DNA of 63,092 nt, filler included, from Reticulomyxa filosa (lineage: Eukaryota > Protista > Foraminifera), in the NCBI GenBank assembly GCA_000512085.1. It is 24 parts of 24 records of this genome, joined end to end, with 100 filler letters (N's around TTAATTAATTAA, not from the genome) between each part and the next. Parts side by side here need not be neighbours in the genome. Positions count along the whole stretch, not along the records: positions 1 to 4,088 come from ASPP01018373.1; positions 4,189 to 6,857 come from ASPP01012384.1; positions 6,958 to 9,567 come from ASPP01001587.1; positions 9,668 to 11,576 come from ASPP01037946.1; positions 11,677 to 13,933 come from ASPP01017801.1; 19 more parts are not named here. One strand, given 5' to 3'. Under the pieces are notes generated by a model. The model worked only from the letters and a program-made list of their open reading frames with translations. It searched no databases and was not told the DNA's origin. Made by a program: the position numbers and the translations under genes. This document shows positions 1-12,649 of the stretch, piece by piece (within the stretch, counting starts at the first letter, position 1; the number at the start of each line of letters is the position of its first letter).

Positions 1-44
1 TGTATGTATGTATATGTGATACGTGCACAATAATCAAAAAAAAG

Positions 45-1627
45 CTATTCAAATTGAATCAACCAAATCTTTTGGGCATTCGCGTCGAATGCACGCATAT
101 CCACATTTGGAATGCAATGGTAGACTTGATCGCATATTCAATCTTCAAAGACTCGTTTTGGGATAAAAGAAAATGTTTTCGAGTCCAAATGCCATCCACC
201 GCGCGCAGTATCTGAGCGCGTATGAAGTGCCATCGCACTATTGGGAAACTGCACTGCCACAACGCTCCGAATTGGCCAATGAGCGCATTCGCGTGACATT
301 CAAGAAACTCGTGACCATCAGTAAGACACTGCTGAAGAAGAATCCACACAAACACGTGATGAAGTCAATGGAAAACGTCACGTTGTGTTTCTGTGACGAG
401 TGTATTACAGATCGACAGGTACCTCTGCGCTTTAAGCTGCAGTTCTTTGACGACCAATTGGACTCCAATCCCCCTCTTCCGCAGCAATTGTCCTCCAACA
501 ATCATAAGACCACCCGAAACACGCGCAAGAAATTACTGGTCAAGAATTTGCAAAACAAGCGCAAAAATCAACAAAAAAAAGTCAGCTCTCAACTGAGCAA
601 GTTACAATTGTCGAAAACACGTTGCACACAAAAATGTTCACTTATGTGAGGAGGAGGAGGGGGAGGGGGAGGGAAGGGGAGGAGAAAAAAAAAACATCAA
701 TTCATAATTGACATGAACAAATCTAATGTGTAAATTAAACAAATGGCAAAGTGGAGAACAAGAATTGAAGATATTGGAATTGGCAAGTGCGTACGAAATC
801 AGTGAGTACTGGTCCCATTTGGACATTAACGCAAAATGGAAACTGACCGACATTCGCTTGGAAGAGCTCAACGATATATTGACCAATTCGCCCCAATGGG
901 AGACACTGCGTGCTGCAATGTGCAGTTATGCCAAACAACCATTAGAGAGTGACTTATTGGTATTTGCCGATGGGCCTTCCAGCAATGTCACCATTTGCGA
1001 CGAGTTAATCGAAAATCATGGCATGGAGCAAGTACTGCAGCGCATCTTTGAATCCATTATCGTTCGCTCTTCGGCTCCATTGTCCTCGCCAATGCCGTCG
1101 TCTTCAAAACAGTCGACGACTGGTTTGTTCACCATTGACACGGACAAGCTGAGAGGCTACTGTGTCACGGGAAACATTGTCGGCTACACACAACTGTGGA
1201 GTCACAAGACAAACGCAAAGACCACAGACGCCAATGGCAATGGAGACGATATGCATATCGTCACCGAATGGGAACAAAGTGGACGCTTTATGTTGGAAAA
1301 CGTGGTGTTATGTGAGTTTGCGCGAAAAATTGCTATCGCCTACAGTCATTATGTGAAGGAGGGCAAGGCGAGACTGGCGAGATTGGAATTGGAAAAGGAG
1401 TTGGAAAGAGATTTGCAATTTCAAAAAAAGAAAAATCCAATCACTCTTTCGTTGCCAAAAAAAACGTGAGTCATTTGGAGAAAAAAGTGGACCCTTCTCC
1501 CAATAAAAAAAAAACATCATTGTCTCTCGTCAACGTGCAGTCTAAGAAATTGAAAAAACCAATCGTCCAACAAATCGATTACACGAAGCACGACAAACCC
1601 CCTTCCATCTCGTCATCACCATCGTCA

Positions 1628-1662
<35 letters not shown>

Positions 1663-4034
1663 GTTGTCGTCGGTTCGATCTGTAAAAGACAACGATGACA
1701 ATAGTGGTGCAGAGTCCTCAAACAATGAACGCGAACGTCCATCCACGACGATACTCGTTTCCAATGGCAATGGCAAGATGGTCCGTTCTTCCATCAAAAA
1801 AGAGACATATACAAAACAACACAAAAGCGACAGCGAAAATAGTAGCGATAGCGATGACCATAGCGATGAGATAAACAAACCAAAACCAAATATCCCTTCT
1901 TCCAATAAGCCATCGGACAATAGCTCCTCTTCTGCGATCACGACACTTCCTCCTACTCGTCTCAACAAAAAAGACGTACCAATGACTGCGTCCAAGAAAG
2001 ACGCAAATAGTAATAACGCTAAAAAGAAAAATAAAAACAAAAAGAAGAAAAAGAGAAAAGAAACGGGTGAAGAGAACAAGAAAGTACATATAAGTGAGAA
2101 TACCAATGTCAATGCCAATGCGAAACATGAGAACAAAGACGATGAAAGAGGAGAGAACGCAGACAAAGACAAAGACAAAGAAAAAGCGCTGATGCGGATG
2201 AATCGATTTCGAGATGGCATGATGTTCATTTGCAGCAATGAGACAATGGACGAATGCATGGATTTAAAGTTATTCGGATTGCCAAAGCAATATTTGCCAA
2301 TGCTGAAATATCTTTGTCCAGAGACAAGCGCATTGCTGCTATTCAATATGACCGAACGTACATTACGCGGTGTCTACGCAGCCACTCACTTGGCCGGAGA
2401 AAATCTCAATCCCAAGGCTTGGAATAAAAATCCTCTCAAATCCAGACATAGTCCATTTCCGGCTCAAATTTCGTTTGAAATTGTATACAATTTCAAACCT
2501 TTGTCCGAAAACTGTTTTCGACATCTGTTCAATGACGGCAATCGCATTCGACGACTGAATGAAAAAGAGACCAAAGAAATATTGTGTCTGTTCCAAGAAC
2601 AATGGAAACCATCACACGAACAGCGACCCCCTCTGTCCACTTTGGCTTCGTCCGCATACGGTTTGAAATATAAATCGTCTTCGACTAATCCTATCGTTTA
2701 CACAGACTCGTCCAATTCGAATGCGCCAATCGCCAAAGTAGTCACTACACTTCCGCTGAAGGTCAGCATTCAAACAAGGAAATCGAAACACGCTTCCATT
2801 ACTGGACTCGGTGATGAAAGCAAGACCAATGAAAACATTTGGGCACTTCGAGCGAATCAAGTGAGGCAACAACAACAACAGCAACAGTCATCCGTGTCTT
2901 GTGTTTTAATATCATCACAACAGCCTTCACGATCCTGTTCGATATATAACAATCCAACAATACCTCCAAACACGTATGCGAATGCATCGAACGATCGTCC
3001 TTCATTGGTCACTCTACACTCGAGTCATGTCCCTCGCAATGATAATGTCTCTGCTAATATAATGCCTCCTCCAGGATTGCCTGTGCCGAGCAATATTCTC
3101 AGCGCGGACAATTTCAATGACAAATATATCAACGACAATCAAAATGAAGCCAAGTCCAAACCCAAACATCCCACCAAACCTCCTATTATTTCATTCCTAT
3201 CGCATCCTCATCCTCCTCCTCCTCCTCCTCCTTCTTCCTCCTCTAACTCAGACTTGTTCTCATTCGCATGCACATGCACATGCACATGCACATGCACAAT
3301 ATCCACATCTGCCATCGTCGATAGCACGTGTTCAAAATAAAGCCCCTTCAAACTATGTGCAACCCCACCAGGGCAAATCCGAAGAAGGAGGGAAAGACAA
3401 TCACGCGTTGAACGCCATGGATGTGACTGCATCGGTGCAAAGTAAAGGGCCGTTGCAAAGCGTGGTTGGCAGCACAGCGTGTTCAAAGGCAAAGACGAAA
3501 GGCAAAGCAAAGACAAGGACGAAAGCTAAGACAAAGGACAAATGGGAAGACAATGCGAGTTCAAAGACAATGGATGAGACGGATGACTGCACAGAAGGAA
3601 ATGAAGGTCGCGAATGGAAGAATGACAATTCCACGGACAAAGGCCATTGGAAACCAATGATAAAGAGTGTGCATGATGTTCAACTCGAGGACGGGTTTGA
3701 GGAATACGACAGCAAGACCTTTGAAAAGATTGCCAAACTTTGGCAAGAGTCGCCAACACACAAAGAAAACGAAGAAGAAGAAGAAGAGAAAGAGTTTGAA
3801 GACGACAGCTCCGTCGCCATGGCCGCAGAGTGCTCGAATCAACCCTTTGTCCCGATCGACTTGGAATGGATGACAGACAGTCCGTTGACAAACTCACTCG
3901 GATTTTCCTCCAAAGACTTTGACGACGAAGATATCAAACACGAACACATGCAAACAAAGATAAGCATGAAATGTGAGGAGTCGAAAAACAGGACTCGTGA
4001 TTTTATGAGAACTCCCCCTTTCCAAAGTGTATGA
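45..4034 (+). CDS. Large low-complexity protein with a DCD (Development and Cell Death) domain; 5' partial; ORFs 173-649, 726-1469, 1466-3340 and 3117-4034 are probably one gene
   Basis: DCD motifs at ~2215-2595: GMMFICSNETMDECMDLKLFGLP, LLLFNMTERTLRGVYAA, NLNPKAW, SPFPAQISF. A GT-AG intron at 646-751 joins ORF1 to ORF2 in frame. An A8 run near 1457-1464 and the CCT repeat near 3210-3245 would explain the remaining frame switches. Confidence 0.75.
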
Positions 4035-4088
4035 TCCAATGCACATTCAAATTTATAGACTATTTATACACATATATACATATATATA

Positions 4089-4188
4089 NNNNNNNNNNNN
4101 NNNNNNNNNNNNNNNNNNNNNNNNNNNNNNNNTTAATTAATTAANNNNNNNNNNNNNNNNNNNNNNNNNNNNNNNNNNNNNNNNNNNN
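4089..4188. other. Artificial contig linker N44-TTAATTAATTAA-N44 (first of 23; others start at 6858, 9568, 11577, 13934, 16310, 17752, 19461, 21659, 25292, 27766, 30017, 31330, 32611, 35365, 38742, 40573, 41979, 45722, 47197, 55371, 57069, 61041)
   Basis: An identical 100-nt N-flanked spacer with stops in all six frames recurs through the window. Confidence 0.98.
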
Positions 4189-4841
4189 AAAAAAAAAAAA
4201 GTATTGGGAAAGACCAAAAACCAGAAAGGGTGCACTTGATGATAACGGATGATTGAAACAAAATATAGGTCAAATAGATTCCACAATGCGAATCGAAAGG
4301 AGTGTGTGAGGTTTAACACGGCAATGCAGGAAATAATCCGATTGCCGATGAAACAACATACTGCCACATAAAAAAGCCTGTTTGAGACCTTTTGCAAGGA
4401 TGCGGTCGACGAGTGATCGACGAGGGATTGGTCGCTGTAGTATTGCAAAATACGGAAAAAACTCACATGTAAGGCTTCGCTTATTATATTGAGCACTATG
4501 CTTGTCATCATACTTGGATTTGATAATACCAATTTTTGTATGCACTCACAGTCTCCATCTTCTTTTGCGTCTGTTGCAGATACCATTGCTACTGTTATGT
4601 CGTCGTTCGTTGCGCCCTTTTGTGCCGCGCTCAATGTATTCGATGATGCGTTTGATATGACCAAAGCAGCCAATCGAGGTCGGCTCGTTCTGGAAGATCC
4701 ATAACCAGCGCTGTTTGAAGCAACTGGCGACATTCCAAGCTGTAACGTTCTGTCCCGGTGTTTACGTACTACACAACATAACGATACGCTCAAAAAACCT
4801 AAATAGAGCAACAAATACGCAAAGAATGAAATGCTGAACAT
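4189..4841 (-). CDS. Hypothetical membrane protein, 3' partial
   Basis: ORF of >210 codons with a hydrophobic N-terminus and further hydrophobic segments; no recognisable family. Confidence 0.5.
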
Positions 4842-5078
4842 GAAAAAAATGTCGTGTTGTGTTTTTATAACAAAACAATCTTTTTTCAGTTTTAAGTTTT
4901 TTGAAATTTTTTAGACTGCTAAAAACTTAACACTACAAAGCTTGTAACACTCGTCCACATGTGACACATTATGCTTGAGAGTACATTATTTTCATCACTT
5001 AATCACATAGATATTTCTGAAGCTTACACTTTGTTCGATTCGTAGACTAGTATATCTTAAGTCCTTATTGGACACAAA

Positions 5079-5114
5079 TACAGTGGAGTGCAAAAGAAAA
5101 TTGGCACCTAAAAT
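5079..5114 (+). mobile_element. Tc1/mariner-like terminal inverted repeat (TA|CAGTGGAGTGCAAAAGAAAATTGGCACCTAAAA), start of a putative MITE
   Basis: TA followed by CAGT; aligns with the motif at 38658; a 13-nt reverse-complement match lies at 10229-10241. Confidence 0.5.
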
Positions 5115-5845
5115 GGTAACTTATTGAAATAACGATTTTTTCATGAAAACAGTATTTAATCAAAACTTTTTAAAAACTACATCTTGTAGTTTTTAATATA
5201 GTTTTGGTTTTTTTATCTGTCTTTCATAATTGTTTCAAAAATTTGAATATTTTATTGATTTTTATAAATTTTGAAAGAAGACTGTCATAGTTGTTCATAA
5301 TCAGATTTTCCAACGTTAAAAGATTCTATGAAAATTTTGCAATTTTTGATTATTTTTTTTAAAAAGAAAAAATTTTGATTAAAACAAATACAAATATCCC
5401 AACAATAACTACCCAAAGGAAAAAAATGGCAAGAAGTTTAAAGTAGAAAACGGACAGAAAATAAAAAACCAGCTTGATGATTTTTTAATGCTATTTTTGT
5501 CAGTGTGACAAAAACTGTTATCATAATACACAATTTCTGCATTAAATCTATGGAAAAATTGCAAAAATTATTTAATGTAATCATTACTTTTAATGTAACA
5601 ATTTTAGAGCACGCAAATGAGCCAGAATTAATTTTGCTTGCAAACACTCGAAAAAAACTGCTGCAAGATAACGGACAGACGCATCATGAAGATTGGGACT
5701 TTTTTTTATTTTTGTGCTTGAGTTTAGTATTTTATATTTCATGTTCTTTGGCAACAAAAAAACTCATTATTTGGCAAAACTGTCAAGGAAGCACTGTCTT
5801 TAAAGTTGTTTTCAAAACACCAGCAAAAAACTTTGTTTTTTTGGA

Positions 5846-6857
5846 ATGAGTGAAGAATCAAAAAGACTCGGAAGATTATGGTTGTTAATTTTTGGGTGTT
5901 TATTCTGGTGTCTCGAAGGCGTGTTAAGTTCGGATCAATGTTGTGCAGATCCAGTGGAAGCAATTGTGCGTCGGCAGTTTGAAAGCCCTTGCGCAACGCA
6001 CAATATTCATGATCGCTTTGAGCGATACCGAGATTGGATAGAGCTAAACGGTGGTTATATCCACCCAGACTTGAAATTCAAGTTTTGAAAAAGATTTTTT
6101 TTAAAAATTTTTTTTGAAAGTGAGTCATCAACTAATTTACATGCCGAAAACGAAGAGACGAGAACGGGAGGGAGGAGAGAGGGAGAAGGGAGGGGGCAGG
6201 GGGGGGGGGATAACAAAAAAAGAAGAAACATGCATATACTCACTGTTATGAATAATTCAGATATGTATCAGAACAAGAAGGAAACCGTAATATGATTAGC
6301 ACAACATTTTTGCCATCGCAAACAGTAATAATGGACATTCCATTCGAAACGACGACATTTAGTGAGCATTTGATAAGAAAGTACTTGGACGAATTTCCCG
6401 AGGAATTTCCAAGAACAGGACGCGAATATCAGAGAAGGTACAAGAAAGAAGGGAAGGACGTACTAGATATATCCACACATCCATGGTTAGCATTAGGCCT
6501 TGCATGGTTGATGACGTATACAGATGAGTTAGTGCCCTATTTGTATCTGTTGCCATCGTATGAAAAGACAAAAGCACAAATTCCATTTCTGTGGTACGAC
6601 ATGGTGTGGCATCCAGTGAAAGGTCGTTTGTATGAAAGTTATGATCTGTTGAAGGACACAAGAGCATACGACATGATCGAACGTACCCACCGCGAGCTCG
6701 ACAGTACAAGACATTACCTGTCCATGTTAGGACTAGAATATTCCACCGTCGAGTATGCGCTCGCCCATATTGCATCTCGAAGCTTTGGTCTGCCAGCAGG
6801 CTCACTCCCCAAATACGAGTCTAAAGGACAAGATGAGGAAGAAGAAGAAGAAGAAGA
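5846..6857 (+). CDS. SET-domain protein, SETD3/Rubisco-LSMT-like, with predicted signal peptide; 3' partial; intron 6082-6260
   Basis: Motifs DWIELNGGYIHPDL, VIMDIPF, LALGLAWLM, PYLYLLP, PFLW, YALAHIASRSF. The intron restores the frame. Confidence 0.75.
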
Positions 6858-7506
6858 NNNNNNNNNNNNNNNNNNNNNNNNNNNNNNNNNNNNNNNNNNN
6901 NTTAATTAATTAANNNNNNNNNNNNNNNNNNNNNNNNNNNNNNNNNNNNNNNNNNNNAATCAAGCAATTCTTTCATGATGAAGACATTTCCATTAAAGAA
7001 GAATTCCAATATTCGAAAAACAAAAGATTGTAAATGAGAGTTTGTGTATCAAAGTATTCACTCAGTGGTCTTTGGTAACTTTAATCACAGGTTTAAATCT
7101 ATCAATTCTAAAGTCGTAGGTAACAACTTCTCTTGATTAAAATATTTTTGACAAAAACGAACTGATTTTGCCAGTTTTTGTCTTAAATGTCTTTTTATAA
7201 GATCATTTCAACGAGGGTATTGCTGCCAATGGACAAAGAGTTAAATGAAAAGAATTTTTTTGTTACGTTTTAGCAAAGCTATATTCTTCAACAAAGTAAA
7301 ATGATGATACCATGAACCAAACGATTAGTGCTTGAGATTTATTGAATAGGGATTACTTGATCAGATTTTGTTGTTGTGATGAAAAAATGTAAAGCAAAAT
7401 TTTTATAAAAAGAAAAAGCAAAAAATTATTTTGACAAATGTTAGAAATTAGAAAATGTTGAATAACAGAAAACAAAAAAAAAGACAAACAACAATAAAAC
7501 GCATTC

Positions 7507-9567
7507 TTAGGAATTTTCGTTAAGTTTGTCAAGTTTTCGTTTAATATGTTTTGGCATGTTTATTGTTTTGATGGTGTTGATGAGTTGACTTTCGGTCAAA
7601 GTCTGGAGAAACATCACATAACAGCATATATGTATATGTATATACATATATACATTACAAAGAAGAAAAAAAACTTGTGGCAATTTTTTGAGATTGGACT
7701 GGACTTGATCCAAATCCATTTGCAACAATTGAGGTTTGAGACATTTCAAAATGGCCACAGCGCAAATATAGACATAGGACTCTCCGAACATTAGTACAAA
7801 GTCCCAAATTCGCGGAGTGACATTGGGACGTAATTTTTTGGAGAAGATGGTGATGGCCCAATCCAAGAAATAGGATTGCGGTAAAATGGAGTTATCCAAG
7901 AAGAACGCGGACAGCTGGGGCTCCGACAATTGGAACAAGTCTTGGAAGATTTGATATCTGGGTATTTGTTTGGACAAATCCATGGACAGCATGTCATAAA
8001 AAAAGGGGGAATTGAGTAAATTGGCAAAGGCTTTGAAGGCAGTATAGCCATCCATATACAGCAGCAAATTGGCGGCAATATATGACATGCCCTGAATATA
8101 TCCAATATCGGGTCGATAAAACGCATACGCTTGCAGCAGGTCCCGAAGTCCATCTTGAAGCACTCCCTCTTTTTGGAAATACGACAAACTGGGAAATGTC
8201 CGATGTAAATCCTCGTCGATATAAGATATGGTGTTTTCCCTTCCTTTGTCCGTAGTTTCTAAGGTCGTTACATCTGTCGCAACCACGCTAGTACCTGTTG
8301 TTGTTGTTGTTATATTCACTTCGACTCCATCATTTAAATTTGGAGCCATCAACATGACATGATCTTGTTGCTGCTTTGCAATATGCTGTTGATATGCCAC
8401 GGACGCCCTTTTATGACAGATTTCAAAGAGCGACTGATTAATCCCCAATTGGTTGCCAATGGCCAGTGGCCACACTTTCGATCTCAAGCCAGGAGGGATC
8501 CCCACCTTCCAAATCCACTCACGCACTCGTGGACTATTCTTTTGCTTCTCCCAATCATTCAACACCGTTCGAATCCAAAACTGTTCCGCCTTGTTCAGTT
8601 CCACGTCGTTGCTATTGTTTTCTTCACTTCCTTTCCCACTCTTTGGAAACATCTGCAAAAAAAAAAAAAAAAAGGGGGGTGGGATCATTATTTGTCCATA
8701 TTTTTTTTAATAAAAAAAAAAAAAAGGGGACAAATAATAATAATAATAATAATACTCGAAATAATTTGGCAGAAGCTTGATTGGAGAGCCCATTGATATT
8801 GAAGCTGTAATTTGTTTTTTCGTCCTTTTCAGTGTCCACGTGGTGTGCATTTGAGTCTGTCGTTTCAGTGTCCATCTCTGTCGACTCTGCATCTTGCTTC
8901 TTTGCATGATGTCGTGACTTCTGTGCAAACATGGTTTTGAGTTTTTGTATTTTGTGACCCACGTTATTGCCTTCATTGTCATTGTCATTGCTATTGCTAT
9001 TGTCATTGTCATTGCTATTGCTATTGTTATTGTCATTGTCATTGCTATTGCTATTGTCATTGCTGTTGCCATTGGATTGTATCTGCTTTTGAGAAGGGTG
9101 TTGAAAGATAGCTTGGAAAAGAAATCTAAATCGACGACGGGACTATTGTTAGCGGATTTGAGCCACATGTGATTGTATTTATGGAATTGCTGACTGAGCC
9201 GCTTTCGCGTGCGTTGCATGATGGAGTGAGTAGCGACAGAGTTGTCGTGACGATGAGAGGAGTACGGAGAGGATAAAAGACAATGTTCACTGATGGCAAA
9301 GGTGAAGTCAACGCCGCATTTGACAGTGTGCGTGTCCATGCCGCCGAGGTAGTCGACGACGAGAGGGACCGTCGAGTCGTCGACCGTGCCTATGCCAATG
9401 CCCAGCTGTCCGTCGGTATTATCTCCCCAGCAAAACACATTTCCAACCGTGCTCAATGCCGCACTGTGGAATGCCCCACACGACACGTGGCTTATCCCAT
9501 TGCGTACTTGTTTTCCATTCAGCCATGTCTCTTCGTCCTCGTCATCCTCTTTTCCATCATTCTTATT
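7507..9567 (-). CDS. RCC1-repeat plus TBC (Rab-GAP, TBC1D12/14-like) protein; 5' partial; introns ~8755-8653 and ~7676-7603; homopolymer frameshift near 9072
   Basis: RCC1 repeat VSCGAFHSAALSTVGNVFCWGDNTDGQLG and VKCGVDFT. TBC motifs GIPPGLRSKVWPLAIGN, IDEDLHRTF (R finger), YIQGMSYI (Q finger), RIWDF. Confidence 0.8.
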
Positions 9568-10341
9568 NNNNNNNNNNNNNNNNNNNNNNNNNNNNNNNNN
9601 NNNNNNNNNNNTTAATTAATTAANNNNNNNNNNNNNNNNNNNNNNNNNNNNNNNNNNNNNNNNNNNNAAGAGAAAACAAATTATCTGTAATCTGCATTAA
9701 TTGAGACCAAATATTTAGTTTATAAAAATTAAAACTTTACAAAATGTGTATATGGATAAATGTTATTTTCAAATATTTTTCCATTTTGCGTTGACATGTT
9801 TAGGATAAATAATCCTTATGTCCTTGTTGTTAAAACGCAATTGAATACTGTAAAACTGGTAAAATATCTTATAAAAAAGTTCATATGTTGAAAATCGACA
9901 ATGCAAACAACCATAAATTTCAAATTATATGCTGTTGATCAAATCTTTGTTCGTGATTAGCATCAAAAACACGACCGCATCCGCAATGTGCTATAAAAAT
10001 TTTTTAAATGTTTGGTTATTGCTAATCTCTTTGAATAATTCCTCTTATTATTTTTCAAAATCTTCCAAGCTCAAGTTTTTAAAACATCAGACTGTATTTA
10101 CTTAAATTATGCAATAAAAAATAAATTCCTTACCACATAAATAGAAATTATTTAAACAGAAAATGTTTTTGAAAAAAGATTGAGCAAAATTGATTTTTTA
10201 TTGAAAAAAATCAATAATATTCAATTGCTTTGCACTCCACTCATTATTCAAGTTGGTTAAGATACTACCAAACAAAGAACTAAAACTAAGTAACTGGGTT
10301 AACTCTCAAGCAAGAAATAACCTTCAAGAGAAGCGAAGGAA

Positions 10342-11576
10342 CATGGAAGATGAAAAAAATGAGAAGGAAGCCATGGAAAAGAAAGAAATTGTATTGATTA
10401 CGACGGGATCTTCCACCGTAAAGGCATTTTTGAAGGTCCAAAGAGACAGTACCATTAAACAGATCCTTTTTTTCCCCTCCAATGAAAACAATAAAAACAA
10501 CCTACATTTGATAGTGCGGTGCAAAATTTGAACTTGATAAAAATGATGAGAAATGTGAACAATTGGATTGCGAGACTGGTGATGAAATGGAATGCACATA
10601 TTCAATAGATCAAAGCAATACAGTAACGGTAAAAGAAATGAAATTTCCAAAATTATATTATGGAAGCGTGAACGTATCAAACAGGGAATCAACAGTAGAA
10701 GTGGTCCCTCTTTCTGCTTATCCAAATGAAAAGCGTGAAAAAGTATATATTTACATAACTTATAATTTTGGAGTCGTTTTTTTTATGCGTCAGTTTAAAG
10801 AGCCAATATATTGGTGATTATTTAATAATAGGTGATATTATGGAAAGCAGGAGAAAATTCAAAAAAGAAGATACATCCAAGAAAAGGAGACACCGTGAAA
10901 TTTCGGTTGCAATTTGCAGATAATGAATGGCATCCCAAAGCTTTAAGAATAATGCCACACAGTCAACTGTTTTGTTTGTTTTTTTTTTAAAAAAAACAAA
11001 AATGATATATTAATGTTGCTATTTTTATTTTTTTATTTTTTAAATGTCGAATTGAGTGCAGTCGAAAGATGAAAATAATTCCACTTTCGGGCAGTGTGAT
11101 GTGGAAGATAGAGCAATGGAATGAATGCGTTGACGATTGCAAAAGTTTTTGTTTTTTTTTTTTTCAAATGAAAAAAAAAAACAAAAAATTTGAAAAAGTG
11201 TATGTTTTTATAAGTTTGTGTGACAATTTGTAAGGGACTCCTGGAGATCGTTGTGATCTTAATGTTGTCAAAGAAGTCGTGGAGGAATGTTTAAAGTGTA
11301 AATGTGGAATACCACAAGAAATTTTGAACAGATTGCAAGAAGAATCTCTCAAACAAAAACATGGAACACAAGTGTCTCAATTACAGAACATTGTGCAAAC
11401 ATTTCAAGAACTTATCGAAGATCAGAACACAGACTCTTTGTTGAAAGAATGCACACAAATTACTATCTATTGTAATCATCGGTCTGACCAATCTCTGGAC
11501 AATGATGGAAAGTCAGCCACAGATAACATCATAAAACAAAAACGACCTTTTCGAATTTATGCTTTCGTGACACAAA
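10342..11576 (+). CDS. Hypothetical multi-exon gene or pseudogene, 3' partial
   Basis: Several short exon-like ORFs separated by T/A-rich GT-AG introns; frame breaks present; no family recognised. Confidence 0.35.
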
Positions 11577-12051
11577 NNNNNNNNNNNNNNNNNNNNNNNN
11601 NNNNNNNNNNNNNNNNNNNNTTAATTAATTAANNNNNNNNNNNNNNNNNNNNNNNNNNNNNNNNNNNNNNNNNNNNAAATGAACAAAGAATGCAAAGATT
11701 TTTTAAAAATATGATAAAACGATAAATAAACAGGTATCAGTTATTCAAGTCAAATTTTTGCAAAAAAAGATGTAAAACATTTTTTGCTTAAAGTTGCTTG
11801 TACCCTTTTTACAAGGTCGTCAGCTGAGCTTTTTTGGTTTAAACTTGTTTCTTTGTTTGTTTCTTTTGTTTTTTTAAACGCAAAACAAATATTGCGCAAT
11901 TGTTTTTGCACCTCGAGCAATTTGCTTTTCTAAGGAGAAAATAAGCTCGAAGCCTTAATTGTTTTGATGAAAAGGCGTTTTTGCGTAGGTCCTGTGCTAT
12001 TTGATCGCAGCTTGATATGTTAAGTAATGTTTTTTTTTTTTTTTTTTTTAT

Positions 12052-12106
12052 GTTGTGATGAAAAAAATCCTATATGTGAATAATGAACGATAAAGACTTC
12101 TGAGAC
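12052..12106 (+). ncRNA. Candidate short intronic box C/D snoRNA
   Basis: Box C GTGATGA 12055-61, D' GTGA 12076-79, C'-like TAATGA 12081-86 and box D CTGA 12100-03, inside GT-AG intron 12024-12174 about 70 nt upstream of the acceptor. Confidence 0.45.
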
Positions 12107-12649
12107 CAAAAATAATTTTTGAAAATATTTTTTTGATGTTATAATGAAAGTTGATTTTTTTTTTTTATGAATAGGCACGGGACAACGTGGAAATCTTGTG
12201 CTGCGTGTGTGGTTATCTAAAGTGAATTTTGTTTTTAATTTTAATTTTTTTTTTTTACAGAATTTTCCAACGTTTCTATCAAAGAAAAGCGGTTAACCTT
12301 TCGATCTTTTTGTGATTGTATACAACTCTTAGCTATCCCTTTTAAAAAATTTCAAGCAAAGATACGCACTATGTGTAACTCGGTCTATAAATATAATATT
12401 ATTTTGACAAAAAAAAATTGAACAAGAAATAATGTGTATTTTTGTGGAAGCGAAAAAATAGCAATAATTAAATATCATTCAATTTCTGGTATTTCGACGA
12501 TTGAAGACTTTAATGACTCCAATATATCCTAAAGCAGCATAAAAACAAATGATTTAGCTTTTTTTTTCCTTGAAAACTATATTAAATTCTTGCTTTCCAA
12601 AAAAAAAAAAAAAAAAGTGTAAAACTTCTATCTTTTGCGTTTTGGTGCA

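Noticed and set aside
1579-2346. Long antisense ORFs (also 22759-23454, 48883-49533, 58501-58929, 39534-40043)
   Set aside because: Shadows of real genes on the opposite strand, driven by low-complexity codons.
8966-9070. Regular short repeats (ATTGTC/ATTGCT; also ATGCTA at 13605-13712, TGCACA at 3269-3298, TA/CA runs)
   Set aside because: Coding or intronic microsatellites without unique spacers; not CRISPR.
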